Below, in pieces: positions 35,601 through 47,800 of a DNA stretch of 64,000 nucleotides. The stretch's first letter is position 1. The number at the start of each line of letters is the position of its first letter. Origin of the DNA: Chlorokybus atmophyticus. Lineage: Eukaryota; Plantae; Mesostigma and Chlorokybus algae. The stretch covers positions 2,881 through 66,880 of the forward strand of contig RHPI01000977.1 in NCBI GenBank assembly GCA_009103225.1, in the 5' to 3' direction. The notes below the pieces were generated by a model. It did no database searches. It was not told where the DNA came from and saw nothing but the letters and a program-made list of their open reading frames with translations. The position numbers and the translations under genes were made by a program.

Positions 35601-38058
35601 CCCGCTTCCATTCGCCTGGGATCGCTACCATTATCAGAAAGTCATGACGCTGCATCTTGCAGACCTGCAGAGCATGCCGCGCTCTTTGCTGGATATGCTA
35701 GCCGAAGGTGGCTTTGCAGTCAGTCTAACAGGATCGGCTGGCAGACTGGTTGCTCTTGATGAAGCCCACGAGTGCCAGGTCAACAGAGATATGAAGATGT
35801 CACTGTGCAGGCCCACCACCGAGCAGCTCCGTCAGAAGTCATTGTACTTGGGGGAGCGCAGTCAAGCACACAAGCAACTAGAGCGTCAGCTACTGCTTGA
35901 CAACAACCTGGTCAACAACGAGCTGGATGATGACGCCGACGACGACCACGAGAGGGTAATGCGGACACTGGCTACCGACGCCGCCAGGTGTGGCAGCGAT
36001 CTAATGCATCTTGCTGAGCTGCTGGAGAATATACAAGCCTTGGCAAGGCCACACGCGCTGCACTTGACGCATCTTACCACCGGTGTACCAGCGGCGGCTG
36101 CTGCTTCAGCAGATCTTGCGCGACACTACCAGGTTGGTGTTGAGGCCATGAAGTCCTTTGTGGAGGTTGACGTCTGCCGCGAGGCACCTGCGTGCAAAGT
36201 CAGTCGCAGATTCAACTTGAAAACAATGGCACCTGCTAAGAAGCGCATGAGCAAACAGGCCACCGTGATCAAGCAGTACCGTCAAGAGATGTTGGTGGCC
36301 AAGCGCCTGGCTGCCAATGGTGCTAGTCAGGAGACCGTCACAGCAAGATACTGCGAGCATCCATGGGCGCTGTTTGAGGAGCTCACCGGCAAGATGCGGT
36401 CTGGCGACAAGGCCAAGTTTATGGCGGAGGTAGCTCCTCTCGACAACACATGCTGGAGCCGCATGTCCCCGCAGGGCGTGGAGTGCATCATCCTGGAAGG
36501 CATGTTCCTGATTAATCAAGAATGCCACATGCTGCAAGGCACCATCAAGGACTATATCCAACACCTGATGCGCATCTGCGTGCTCAGCCGGCTCGCCAAT
36601 CAGACCGTGCGCAGCGTGCAAGTTGTGTTTGACACTCCACGACTCCAAACGGGGGTCAAGTCTTCACTGCAACGCGCACGTGACGGTGCGGCGCAATCCT
36701 CTGGTGGTCGTCTAACTCTGGACACTGAGCTGCCGAGATTGTGGCGGGATCTGCTAAGAGATCGTAGCTTGAAGCGATCTCTGTGTGAACTGATAACATA
36801 GCACATGCCCAACATGATTGCGGAGTACCTGCACCCCGACCAAGAGGTTGTATTCGCTGGCGGGTCAGATCTAGACGAAGTTGGAGACCTTGCGCGTGTC
36901 GTGGCACGCGATTCGGACAGCCCTGCACGCGTATATTTTGTGAACGACTATGTTTGTAACCATGGAGAAGCTGACTCTCGCATCTGGGTGCATGCGCACA
37001 AATGCCCCTACAACAACATCCTCATATACTCACCTGATACCGATGTGACCATGATTGGCCTGGCGATCACCGACGGGTGGGATGCAGTGTTGAAGGACGT
37101 CACAGTACAGGTGGCACAGCACTCCAGTGGCTCCACTCGACCACCCTTCCTGCACTTGTCTACACTGCAACAACAAGTCAACAGCATGCACCAGGTGCAG
37201 AGCATCGCCACCGGGTTGCGTGGCTGGTGGCTTCTTCTGGTGTATGCAGCAACTGGTTGCGACTACACCTCATTCATTGGCGGCATCTCGAAACAGTTTA
37301 TCTGGCGCACGGTCCTGGCACAGCATGCAATATTCATCACCGGCAATGTTAGTGTAGTGGAACATGAGATGTGTTTCGCTATACTGCGCCTCATTGGGTG
37401 CTCTTACTTCGAGAAGTACAGGTCCAGCTTCGACAGCGGCACTCCTGCATCTCTGTACTTCGAGTTGCACGGGCCTGAATCAACCACCAGCGATAAGGGA
37501 CGATTGGCAGACTGGTTAGAGGCAATCCACAAAACAGTGTGGAAGAAGATTGCCACGCCACGAGATACCATGCCCACAGTCGATGCACTATGGCTGCATG
37601 CACTTCGCTCGGTGTATGCAGTGCAGATGTGGATGCAGAGCTGCAATGGTGACATGCACATGCCTGACTTGTCTGCTTATGGTTTCACTGAGGTCGATGG
37701 GCTATGGACTGCTGTCCAAGATCTGCCAGAAAACATGGTGGAGGCGAAAGCTAGGAGGCAATTGCTGATGAAGGGTTGTGGATGCAAGACTGGACGATGT
37801 ATCAGCAAGAGATGCAAGTGTCGCAAGGCAGGACAAGCATGCACCGACAGCTGTTTGTGTTTGGGATGTGACAACCACGGCAATCACGTGGACGAGGACG
37901 CTAGTGCAGCTCCTTGTTGCCACACAACACCCCCCCCGCCCGTGGTCAACCCAACAGCGGAACAGTCAACACAGGCAATGGACAACGATGATCCCGATTC
38001 TGTCAACTCAGACAGTGATGAGGAAGACCTCACCATGATGGATATGGACGACGTCTAG
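29686..38058 (+). pseudogene. Academ-type transposase gene: coiled-coil N-terminus, DDE core, XPG/PIN nuclease, C-terminal Cys-rich (CXC) finger; two premature stops
   Basis: GT-AG exons 29686-29957, 31976-32023, 32102-32375, 32528-32598, 32923-33114, 33187-33303 and 33385-38058 join in phase, apart from an N at 29790. Motifs SIDNLD, VTGDQKT, PGDFHVLMN, ALDEAHE, GEADSRIWVH, SPDTDV, GCDYTSFIGG, GCGCKTGRCISKRCKCRKAGQACTDSCLCLGCDN. Stops TAA 33229-33231 and TAG 36799-36801. Confidence 0.85.
29982..31845. mobile_element. Non-autonomous TIR element (1,864 bp) nested in intron 1 of the transposase gene
   Basis: Imperfect 35-bp TIRs (28/35 identical) starting CACAC..TTGACGT..AAGGACCAT; 3-bp TSD TAT (29979-29981, 31846-31848); GGACC/GGTCC-rich subterminal regions. 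Confidence 0.85.
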
Positions 38059-38493
38059 GGCGGCCTGCTACTCTCGCAGAAGGCGCCGCGAGCAGCAAGT
38101 TCTACCATAGCCACCACGCCCCACTGCACCTCACCCGACCCGCCCAACCACCGGCAACCCAATCTACTGCACCTGTCAACGCCGCCGCCACCGGCAGCAT
38201 CCTCATCCGCAACCTCCTCCGCAACCGCCGCCGCCTCCGCCGGATGCCCAAACCGCAGACACACAACCACTTCAACAGAAGGTGCCGCCTCCGCCGCCGC
38301 CACCGGCCGCTTGCTCCCCCGCCTCTGCCTACACCCCCGCCCCCGCCAGCCTCGAGCAGAGATCTGTGCTGGCTGGTATGTAGCAAGCGCATGTTTTTAG
38401 GGTTTGCAACGCGTGTTTTTAGGGTAGTGCAGCTCAGCAACATGTGTGTTACATTGCAAGGCGGCGGAGTTGGCGGAGTGCAGTGGCACCAAC

Positions 38494-40257
38494 ATGGAGA
38501 CGGCGGGCACGGTCAAGAAGGTCATGGTTTGTGACGTGTGCCATTCCTATGTCGTCAACAACGGTCAGCGTTCGCGCCTTCAGAAACATCAGGCTCAGTG
38601 CAAGGCTTACCAGGAGCGCTTTGGATACACTGCCGCATGCTGGCATCACCACGCTGCAGGTCATCACATCCTGCACTGCCGAGTGAAGCTTAGGTGTGCG
38701 CAACCAGAGTTTTTTAATATGCAGTGCGCATGCCATCAGTGCGAAAGCTCTCTGTTTGAATGGCACGGCCTACCCATGCGATACATGCCTTACGTCCGCC
38801 CCACCACCATGATTGAAGGGATGCAATGCCGCCTGCTGGCGGTGAGTGGCACAGATGGCACTGATGATACTGCACGCATTTGTGCCAACACTAATACTGT
38901 ATATACAACTTGTGCGCCAGGGCCAGCGCGTGCGCTGCGGACGCGGTGACGCGCAGACCGTTGTCATTCTGCCAGAGATAACGGCTGTTGCATCAGATTT
39001 CCTCGAGGTTGGTGTTTCAACGTGAACGTGCATCGCACCTAGTGCATTACACAACAGCATTGTAATTGTGGACAACCAGACTGAACGAGAAGGAACCGAT
39101 GCCGCCAGCGTGCTGCGCCAGCGTTGCGCGCGCGGGGGTGATGCATTGGAGGGCCTCGATGTACTGGTGTACTGGCCGATGGACGAGACTTGGTATACCG
39201 GAGTCGTCTACATTTACAACCCACGCAATGGTGAGTTATGCATTGTCAAGAGCATTCACACGTGACACCGGCCATGGACTCAACATAGCGCACTGCAATT
39301 GCAGGGCGCCACAGTGTGCGCTTTGTTGACGGCGACAAGCAGCATATGAAAATCGACAAGCACAACATGGTGGTTGTGTTCTGGCACCAAGGAGGTCAGT
39401 GTTGCCACCGCGTTGGTGGTCAGCGCGTACCCACTCACCGCAAGATCCCTCCGCCTCTGCCGTGTCTCCCGCTGTGGTCGTCATCAGCGCCATTGCTGAT
39501 GACACACACTCCTGTCAGAATGGATGGCACACCGCACCGTCCCAAGGTCCTTGACCTGTGCTGCGGCGGGGGAGGTGCTGGGATGGGGTTGTACCGAGCA
39601 GGGTTCGACGTTACCGGCGTTGACATCAATCCACAGCCCGAGTACCCGTTCCCCTTCATACAAGCTGATGCCCTGGTAGTCGACCTGGCGCCATACGACC
39701 TGATTTGGGCTAGCCCCCCTTGCCAGGCATATGCCCGATGCATACCAGATTCACGACGTCACCAGCATTCTACACGGTGGAAGCACAGCACACTGCTGCC
39801 ATCGCTGCGATTGCGCCTTCATGAGTCAGGGAAGAACTACATCCTGGAGAACATACCAGATGCTGCATGTCACATGCAGCACAACATGGTGCTGTGCGGC
39901 ACCATGTTTGGACTGCCAATCTTCCGGCACAGGCTTTTTGAGACACACCCCAAGATGGTAGCCGACCTGGTGTGCGACCATACGTCCAAGAGTCTAGGTC
40001 CACTGTCGGGTCATGTGTCCAGCACTGCCAGCCGCACACTGAACAGCACTACCCAGCAGATGTACCCCGTGTATGGCTCCGCTGCATCGCGCGGTACCAT
40101 ATCCGGCTGGCAGCAAGCATTAGGCATTGACTGGATTGATGCTGATGCCACACTCGTCGAATGCATTCCGCCTGCATACTCTGAGTATATTGGGCGGTGC
40201 ATGTTGCAGGCAATGGGATACACATTGAACAGCGGCCCCATATCATGGGGCCGCTGA
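38494..40257 (+). CDS. Predicted 500-aa BED-like Zn finger-Tudor-C5 cytosine DNA methyltransferase (phage/bacterial-type catalytic domain)
   Basis: Exons 38494-38841, 38957-39007, 39080-39230 and 39305-40257 (1,503 nt, all GT-AG, open frame). CDVC-x15-H-x3-C; LEGLDVLVYWPMDETWYTGVVYIYNPRNG|RHSVRFVDGDKQHM (Tudor); VLDLCCGGGG, GVDI, QADAL, WASPPCQ, ILENI, RHRLFE, IPPAYSEYIG. The start codon and first exon are least certain. Confidence 0.85.
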
Positions 40258-40589
40258 GTATCAATCCGTGCATGCATATTTGTGTTAGTTTACAAGTCTA
40301 TTTGTACACTGGTGCACATTGATTCTCAATGCACATTTCCTGGTCAATATATGGTTGCAACCTTGCATGACCACAACATTGCATTCGCGCTCACACATCA
40401 ACGTCAGTTTTCCATTGCCGCTCACACACAGCACCAGACATCCTATGCGCACGCCCATGCCGGTCTAACTACACAACGTCACCGTCCAGTTGATGCGGAA
40501 TAGGGGACATGCATACACTGCGCGCAGTCACCTAGCGAGCAGACACACGTGTGATGTACAAGTAGCTTGTTGCGCACAGTGCACACTGC

Positions 40590-41762
40590 CTAAGACACCA
40601 CAGCTGCACTGGCATCATCACTGCCCTCCTCGCTGGTGTCACACCCTGCCTGCGATGGAGTCTTTTTGTCGTATGCACCAAACCACTGAGCCTCATACTC
40701 GGACTGGTCATAGTCAGTGTCGTTGTCCATGTCTCCGAACACCTGGGTGAGGTCGTCGTGAGCAAGCATCCATTCCACAGGCTTGAGTACATGTGACCCA
40801 GACACACAATACCATGATCAACATCACCCATTTAGAAGCGTCTACCTGTATCATACCCTACCTGTCAAGCACCCTGATCCATATGCCTGGCAGACTGAAT
40901 CACCAGTGTAGCCGCAGCTTGCACATCGCATGCGACTCGCAACCCAGGCCACGCGCACGAGACAGATCACAACCCAGCTGATCGGCATTCCAGTGCATAT
41001 GCATACATTGATAAGGGGCAGAATACAACTGAGTCTCGTGACACAACACACACCCAATCAATTTATACACGCACCACATTAATTACAGTTGCAACACACA
41101 TACGTGCGCACATACCAGGGTCTGCAGGCACGACAGGATCCCAACCTCCACCGACAACTGCAGGGGGCGGGTGGGGCAAGCCAGGATTATCTGATTGGGC
41201 ATCGTCGCCACCCTGCAGTGGATGCATGCTCCACTGACCGACCTCAAACGGGCTCCAATCAGTGTCATGCCACTGCTCAAGCCAATGCCGTCGCCTTCCA
41301 GGTTCCACATCACAATCAGTGGCGATCACCCAACGTGCCAGCACCACTCCACCCACCACATGCTCCAACACCAGCAGATCACTACTCAAACGCATTGGCC
41401 TGCCGCCTGCTCGTCGAACCCTATGCAAGCTGTACCTAAACCCAAACCCACCCAAAAGCTCCACGTGCAGCTCCTTGACACCATCGCCAGACTGCACTCC
41501 TGACCCAGCAACCTGCAACGGCCAGCCTAGCGAAACCTACACAAGACCGGGGGACAATATCACATGCCACGCATCCGCCTATACAGAGACTAAAGCAGCA
41601 CGTGGCTGCACAACGACAAATCATGCACATTACTTAACGCTGACTCACCTGCTCGTATGCAGACTGGTAGAATGTGCTACTCCGATGTATGTGAGGGAGT
41701 GCCCTGCTGTCAGCAATAGTAACTGCCAAGGGGTTGTCGCCGCCCCCGCCGTCGACATCCAT
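40590..41762 (-). CDS. Probable spliced orphan cargo gene, convergent with the MTase gene
   Basis: Exon 41762-41649 (ATG to CAG|GTGAGT) joins in phase to exon 41512-41116 (TTGCAG|..., |GTATGT). An acidic open segment lies at 40590-40805; the junction to it is unresolved. Confidence 0.4.
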
Positions 41763-43379
41763 CACACCCACCCACCCAACGCAATCGCCGCCCACCAGCA
41801 CCCCGCCGCCCACCAGCACCACCCGCCAAGCAATGCCCCCATTCACGACCGATATATCAACGCCAAACAGAAGTCAGCACGCTGATATCCACCAGACGGC
41901 GGCAACATTCACATCCGACCAACAGCGTCAACCGCCGTTTACTTAACAGAACCACACGCACCTTCCACCATGCAACAGCGTTAAACATCGCATGAACATG
42001 CGTGGACAACAGCGTTGTGTCGACCACTCAACACGCTTAGCCGACGCTGATCGATCAGCGCAGACACTAGACAATGCACCGTTAATCACCCGATCAACTA
42101 CAACCAGGTCAGCGGTGTCAATAAACGTTGCAACACCGCCATCCCACGCGTTTCAGCAGACCAACACCAACAGCAGCCGCGCGCACAGCGCTGCCAGGCT
42201 TGGCCTAAGCTTTGCCCGGCGAGAGGCCTCTGGCTTTCTGACTGCTGATGACCTGCGTGCAAAAGAAGATACGCATATGTTGCCGTGTATGCGGCGTGGT
42301 TCACAGAGTGCCATGCACCATAAGAATTGTCCGGCCAGCCGGACAGCTAATGCCAACCAGCCGCACCACTAAATATGCAAACTCGATAAGCAAGGTTTGC
42401 GAATGGTGGCAGCACCTTAGAAGCTCTCCTAGGTTGCAAGCTACCAAGGGCTCTGAAAACGTTTTTCTGCTGGAGGGATGGCGGTCGCATCAAATTGGAA
42501 ACAACCATCGAGATGGCAGATGGCTCATGTGCAATTTATTTTTAATACTTACAACGTTGCACGACTTGTTATCAAACAACCTATCATCTGTACCGAAAGG
42601 ATAATAACATGCTTGATATATCCATATTGCGGCACCTTACCATTGATGTGCATATGATTACATCCCGGATGTAACTTGGCAACATCTGCATTATAAAAAA
42701 GTTTTAGAAACATGTGATTTGGAATTGTTATTCCGGAGATATAAAGCTGAATTTGATACTCTCATGTAATCATTCTCGTGTTTATGCCAAGTGCAAAAGG
42801 CGTGCATCACATCGCCCGCTATTACATGCAGGATTGGTATAAAGCAAGCATGTAAGCAACGTTACACTGTATGATGCATGTCTTCATGTCTTCATTATAC
42901 ACGACGATGTGTAAGATGTGTTGAACTAAGGGATGGAAACATTCGGGATCGATTGCGAAATACTACCTACCTACCGGAAGGTCGAACAGCGAATTGATAA
43001 GCCTCAATGCTACCAGGTGTTGTGACTCATAACTTCTGAGCCGCACATACGTAGGCGATGCTTGCGTCTGGCACGGGGAGCAGCACCCGCGACTATATAT
43101 AAGTTTGGTCTTGCAGTGGGAGGCGCGGGCCTCCCTTGCAGTAGTGCTAGCGAGCGAGTTACGCTGCACACTACTCGGCATGCAGTGCAGATACGGGCCG
43201 TATCTTACAGGCAGCGGCACCCTAAGTTAGGTGCCTAATTAAGCCCACCGCATGCATACGGGTCGACCAGCCAGAACCAAACCGCGTCGAACCACCTGAC
43301 ATGGCTAAGTACCACCCTGCGTGGCGTGGCCTGGTTGCTTGGCAAGAGGCGGTGGCGGCGGCGATAGCGGCACGTCAAG

Positions 43380-44800
43380 AGGCTGCTGTTGTGGAGGCGC
43401 TTGCTGTGCTGGACGTTATTTGAACAGAAGGTAGTTGTCCGTATGCTGTGCTGACCGTGGGCGGTGTTGCCTTTAAAGCTGGTCCCGCTTTGGCACGTCT
43501 AAGCAGGTATGAGGCAGGCGTTCAGGCTTTCAACATCAGCATCAATCTGTGACATTCATGTCCAACTTGTGCGCAGTCTTGTACAGTTCGTGGTGTTGAC
43601 AAACACCGTGTAGTGCCAGTAGCTTTGCCAAAGCAAACAATTGCAACAACAACAACCTGCATGCATGCACTGCACGGTTACATATCAGCACGCATGCACG
43701 ATGCGGTGGCTTTTCTATAAACACAGTTGTTGTGTGGCATACAGTAAAAAACCAAGGCAACGCGTTCATCCTTTACATGAGCGTGCGCAAAGCACAAGTT
43801 GCACCCCATGCAAGCCGTGATTATGTGGCACTTCGCACTGCACATGCACTGTGCATGCTCAGCGCTTGGCGTAAAGTTCTCTTTCCTCTCAGCCAGAGGC
43901 TCTTTGCATCACGGAGAGGCTGAAGCAAAGGCAGCAACAGTGGGGACGTAAGCGGAGGGCTGCAGCGTGACGGCGCAGCATTCAGCTGCGTGGAAAGGCA
44001 GCACGCCGCAGGGTTTGATTCCTCAGCTGCAGGTATGCTTCCAAAGCAGTGCTGCTTGAAGTTGTGCTGCGCACATCGTGCCAGCTCAAACACTCACTGC
44101 CAGGCTGTGTTTGGACAGATCACCCTCGCAGTCTCCATTTGACCCAATGCCGTGCTGAGTTGCTGCTGGCGGTGGCAGGTTGGTTGCGGGGGCGTACTGT
44201 GAAGTGGAGTCATGGCTGTGCATCAAGACAAACAGTACGACGTCTTTCTCTGCCATCGGGGTCCGGACACAAAGAGACACTTCAGCATCTGGTTGAAGTG
44301 CGAGCTCGAGAGGCAGAAGCTGCAGGTGTTTTTTGACGATAGGTCATTGCAAATGGGAAATGATTCGCCTCAAAAGATGGACTCCGCCATGCAGACAGCA
44401 ACATGCGGTGTTGTGGTGCTGTCTCCGAGCTTCTTTGCCAGCCAGTGGTGCATGAAAGAGCTCCGCACCTTCTTGGATCGTGGAAATTGTTTGCCAGCCT
44501 GTTACGACGTCACCCCTTACGACATTAATGCAGAGAACATCAAGAATAAAGCAGGTACGATGCGCCATTGTTTGTAACTGGACTGGCAACCCTGAATCCT
44601 CCGGTCCTCAGTCTGACCATGGTGCATGCATTTATTTCAGTAGGTACAGTCTGGGAGCAACACGGGGGTCAGCTGTGGACAGAATGCCGTATGACTGAGG
44701 CAAACTGGACACGAACAGTTCAAGATCTTGCAACTGTATGCATGAGTGTGGAGAAGAAATTTGACGATTACGAGGACAGCTACGCCGATGCGATTGTCCG
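43380..44800. repeat. Diverged direct duplication of upstream region plus TIR exons, partner ~61250-62704
   Basis: Shared blocks such as gctgtgctggacgt, aggtatgaggcaggcg and cagctgcaggtatgcttc/caactgcaggtatgcttc, plus the TIR coding sequence. Confidence 0.85.
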
Positions 44801-47800
44801 TGATGTTTGCCAGCGGCTCGGACGACCGTGCACCACAGGGAAGAGAGTCAACATGACGCCATACCGCGACAATACGCGGTTTGTTGGAAGGGACAGGGAG
44901 CTGGTAGACCTGGAAATTATGTTGAGAGGTGACTGTGGCTGCGTCTGCATCCACGGCATGGGTGGTGCCGGCAAGACGCAGCTGGCATTGAAATATGTGT
45001 ATAGCCATAAGAGCCAATACGACAAGCTGCTATGGATCGATGCCAGCAAAGAGGCGTTGCACAGTAACTTCCTGGGGTTGGCAAAGCCACTGGGCATTGA
45101 CTTAGGCGCTGAAAAGAAAAGGTAAGAGCCTCTGGCTTCTTTTGGGCAGATATCCTACTCCCTGCTCTTCATGGTTTGCAGGTGTAGAAGACCAACCTCA
45201 GTATGAAACTGATTAACAATGTTACACAGGTCGTGGCTCCCAAGTATGTTGCGACCCACTCAGGACAAAGACCGAGACATTGTTGCGGAGATTCGAACAG
45301 CATTGGAACAGTTGGAAACCCCTTGTCTTCTGGTGTTGGACAACGTGGATGATGAGTGGCAGTATCCGGGATACCTACCGAGGGAAGGACCTTGCCATGT
45401 CATACTGACTGCTCGTCAGCGAATGCCTGGCAACTTTCATGTCCTGGAGCTGAAGAATCTTGAAGAGGCGTCTGCGTGTGAGTTGCTGAGATCGGGGCTG
45501 TCGCCCGAGACGCCCAATGAAAAGATCAAAGAGCTGGCTGTGGCTCTAGGGTGCCACGCTTTATCCCTGGCGGTTTCTGCTAGACTGATGTTCAAGGGTC
45601 GGCACGGTCCGGAGTGGCTTCTGACAAAGCTGAGAACAACAGAGGCAGTAGCAGTCTTTGACGGAGTGCCGGACGACCCTGATTTCCAAAGGAAGTTCGC
45701 GGTTGACGACTCTGTTTCATACAAGTCTGACTATGATGGTCACAGACAATTGCGAGGCGGAGGTGGCGGAGGTGGCGGATCTGGCCAGAAAGCTTCTATG
45801 GTTGGGTGGATGGTTCGCTACAGTTCCTATACGTTCAGATCTGTTAAAACATGCCGCGGGCATCTTGTTGGCGAAGGACTATACTGATGGTGATATTGAG
45901 GCTGCATCGGGATTGCTTGTGGAGCACGCACTAGCCGAGCGGTCACGGGACGGAGGTACAGCTTTCCACCCTCTGGTACAGAGCTTTGGCAGATGGGAGG
46001 GGAAAAAAGCGGGAGATCACGTCGCCAAGGCTGTCGTTATGGCCATTGCCGATGTGGCCAAGGTTAGAGAAGACACGGAACATGTTGCACATGCGGTGTC
46101 CATGGCTCTTCCGGATGGTGATAACCCCAGCAGTGTCAGGGTTCAACTTGATGAGGACGGCTTGCTCAAGGTCATTGACATTGCACTGCCATTGGCGGAA
46201 ATATATGCCAATTCCTATCAGACAGTAGAGGCTTCAAGTATATTGGACAGATGTGAACGCGTGTTGCAGCGGGTTGAACCTCAAGACACGTCGCATTGGT
46301 TCCGCCTTTGGTGTTTGCATTGTGAGTGCTTCAGACGTGAGGGCAAGTACGTCGAGGCTGAGGCCCTGTACAGACTAGCACTGGCGAGTAGTGAAGCGCG
46401 GATGGGGCGGGACCACCTCGGAACTGCAATGATCTCCAACAACCTGGCAAGCGTGCTGCACAGTTTGGGCAAGTTTGTTGAGGCCGTAGCATTACACAGA
46501 CGGGCCCTGACAATTGTACAAGCGGAGCTGGGACCGGATCACCCCTATACTATGTCGGTAATCAGCAATCTGGCATTAGCGCTGGGAGATCAGGGTGATT
46601 ATCGCCAAGGCGAGGCCCTGTACAGACAGGCGCTGGCAAGTTGCGAAGCCAGGCTGGGGCATGACCACCTCCAAACCGCATTAATCTGTGGCAATCTGGC
46701 ACTCATGCTTCCAATCAGGGTGAGTATGGTCAGGCTGAGGCACTGAATAGACAGGTGCTGATGATCAGAGAAATCAAGCTTGGGCCGGACCACCCTGACA
46801 CCGCGACGAGTGTCCACAACTTGGCATCCGTGTTGCAAATGCAGGGCAAATACCGCGAGGCTGAGGCCCTGCATAGGAGGGCGCTGGTGATCCGCAAGGC
46901 GCAGCTGGGGCCAGATCACCCCAACAGTGTATTGACAATGAACCATGTGGCAAGCGTGCTGCTCAAGTGCAGGGTAAGTACGGAGAGGCCGAGGCATTGA
47001 ACAGACGTGCATTGGCCATCCAAGAAGCGAAGCTGGGGCCGGACCACCTTGATATTGCTAAGATGATCCTCAACCTAGCACTCGAGCTGCATAAGCAAGG
47101 TCAATATGGCGAGGCCGAAGCATTGAACCAACGTGGGCTGGCGATTCAGGAAGCGAAGCTCGGGTTGGACCACCCTGACACTGCGACGGGGATCAGCAAT
47201 CTGGCACTCGTGCTGCATGAGCAGGGTCGATATGGCGAGGCCGAGGCCCTGCTCAGACAGGTGCTGGCAATCCGTGATTCAAAGTTGGGGCCGGACCACC
47301 GTGACACCGCAGACACCTTCAATGACTTGGCATTTGTGATGGAGAATCAGGGCAAGTATGGCAAGGCTGAGGTCCTGCACAGGCGCGCACTGGCGAGTTA
47401 TGAAGCCAAGCTAGGGCCAGACCACCCCGCCACCGCGAACTCCTTCAACAACCTGGCAATGTTTCTGCACAAGCAAGGTAAGCTTGGCGAGGCCGAGCCA
47501 TTGATCAGACGGGCGCTGGCGATCCGTGAAGCAAAGTTGGGGCCGGACCACCCCGACACCGGGACATCCCTAAACAACCTGGCAATAACAATAACAGAGC
47601 AGCACAAGTACAACGAGGCTGAGGCCGTGCTCAGCCGGGCATTGGCAATTTGGGAAGCAACGCTAGGGCCGGACCACCCCAATACCGCGACAGCTTTTGA
47701 CAACCTGGCAGTTGTGATGCGAAGGCAGGGCAAATATGACGAGGCTGTGGCCCTGCACAGACGCGCACTGGCGAGTTATAAAGCCCAGCTAGGGCCAGAC

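Larger units (their letters stand above)
29269..42244 (+). mobile_element. Academ(X)-like DNA transposon, 12,976 bp, carrying a methyltransferase cargo gene
   Basis: Perfect 21-bp TIRs CAGTCAGAAAGCCAGAGGCCT (29269-29289; reverse complement at 42224-42244) and 4-bp TSD CTGA (29265-29268, 42245-42248). Transposase+XPG+Cys-rich architecture inside. Confidence 0.9.

Noticed and set aside
45126-45140. Partial match to the Academ TIR (gcctctggctt)
   Set aside because: Only 11 bp, within a TNP intron, with no partner or TSD.
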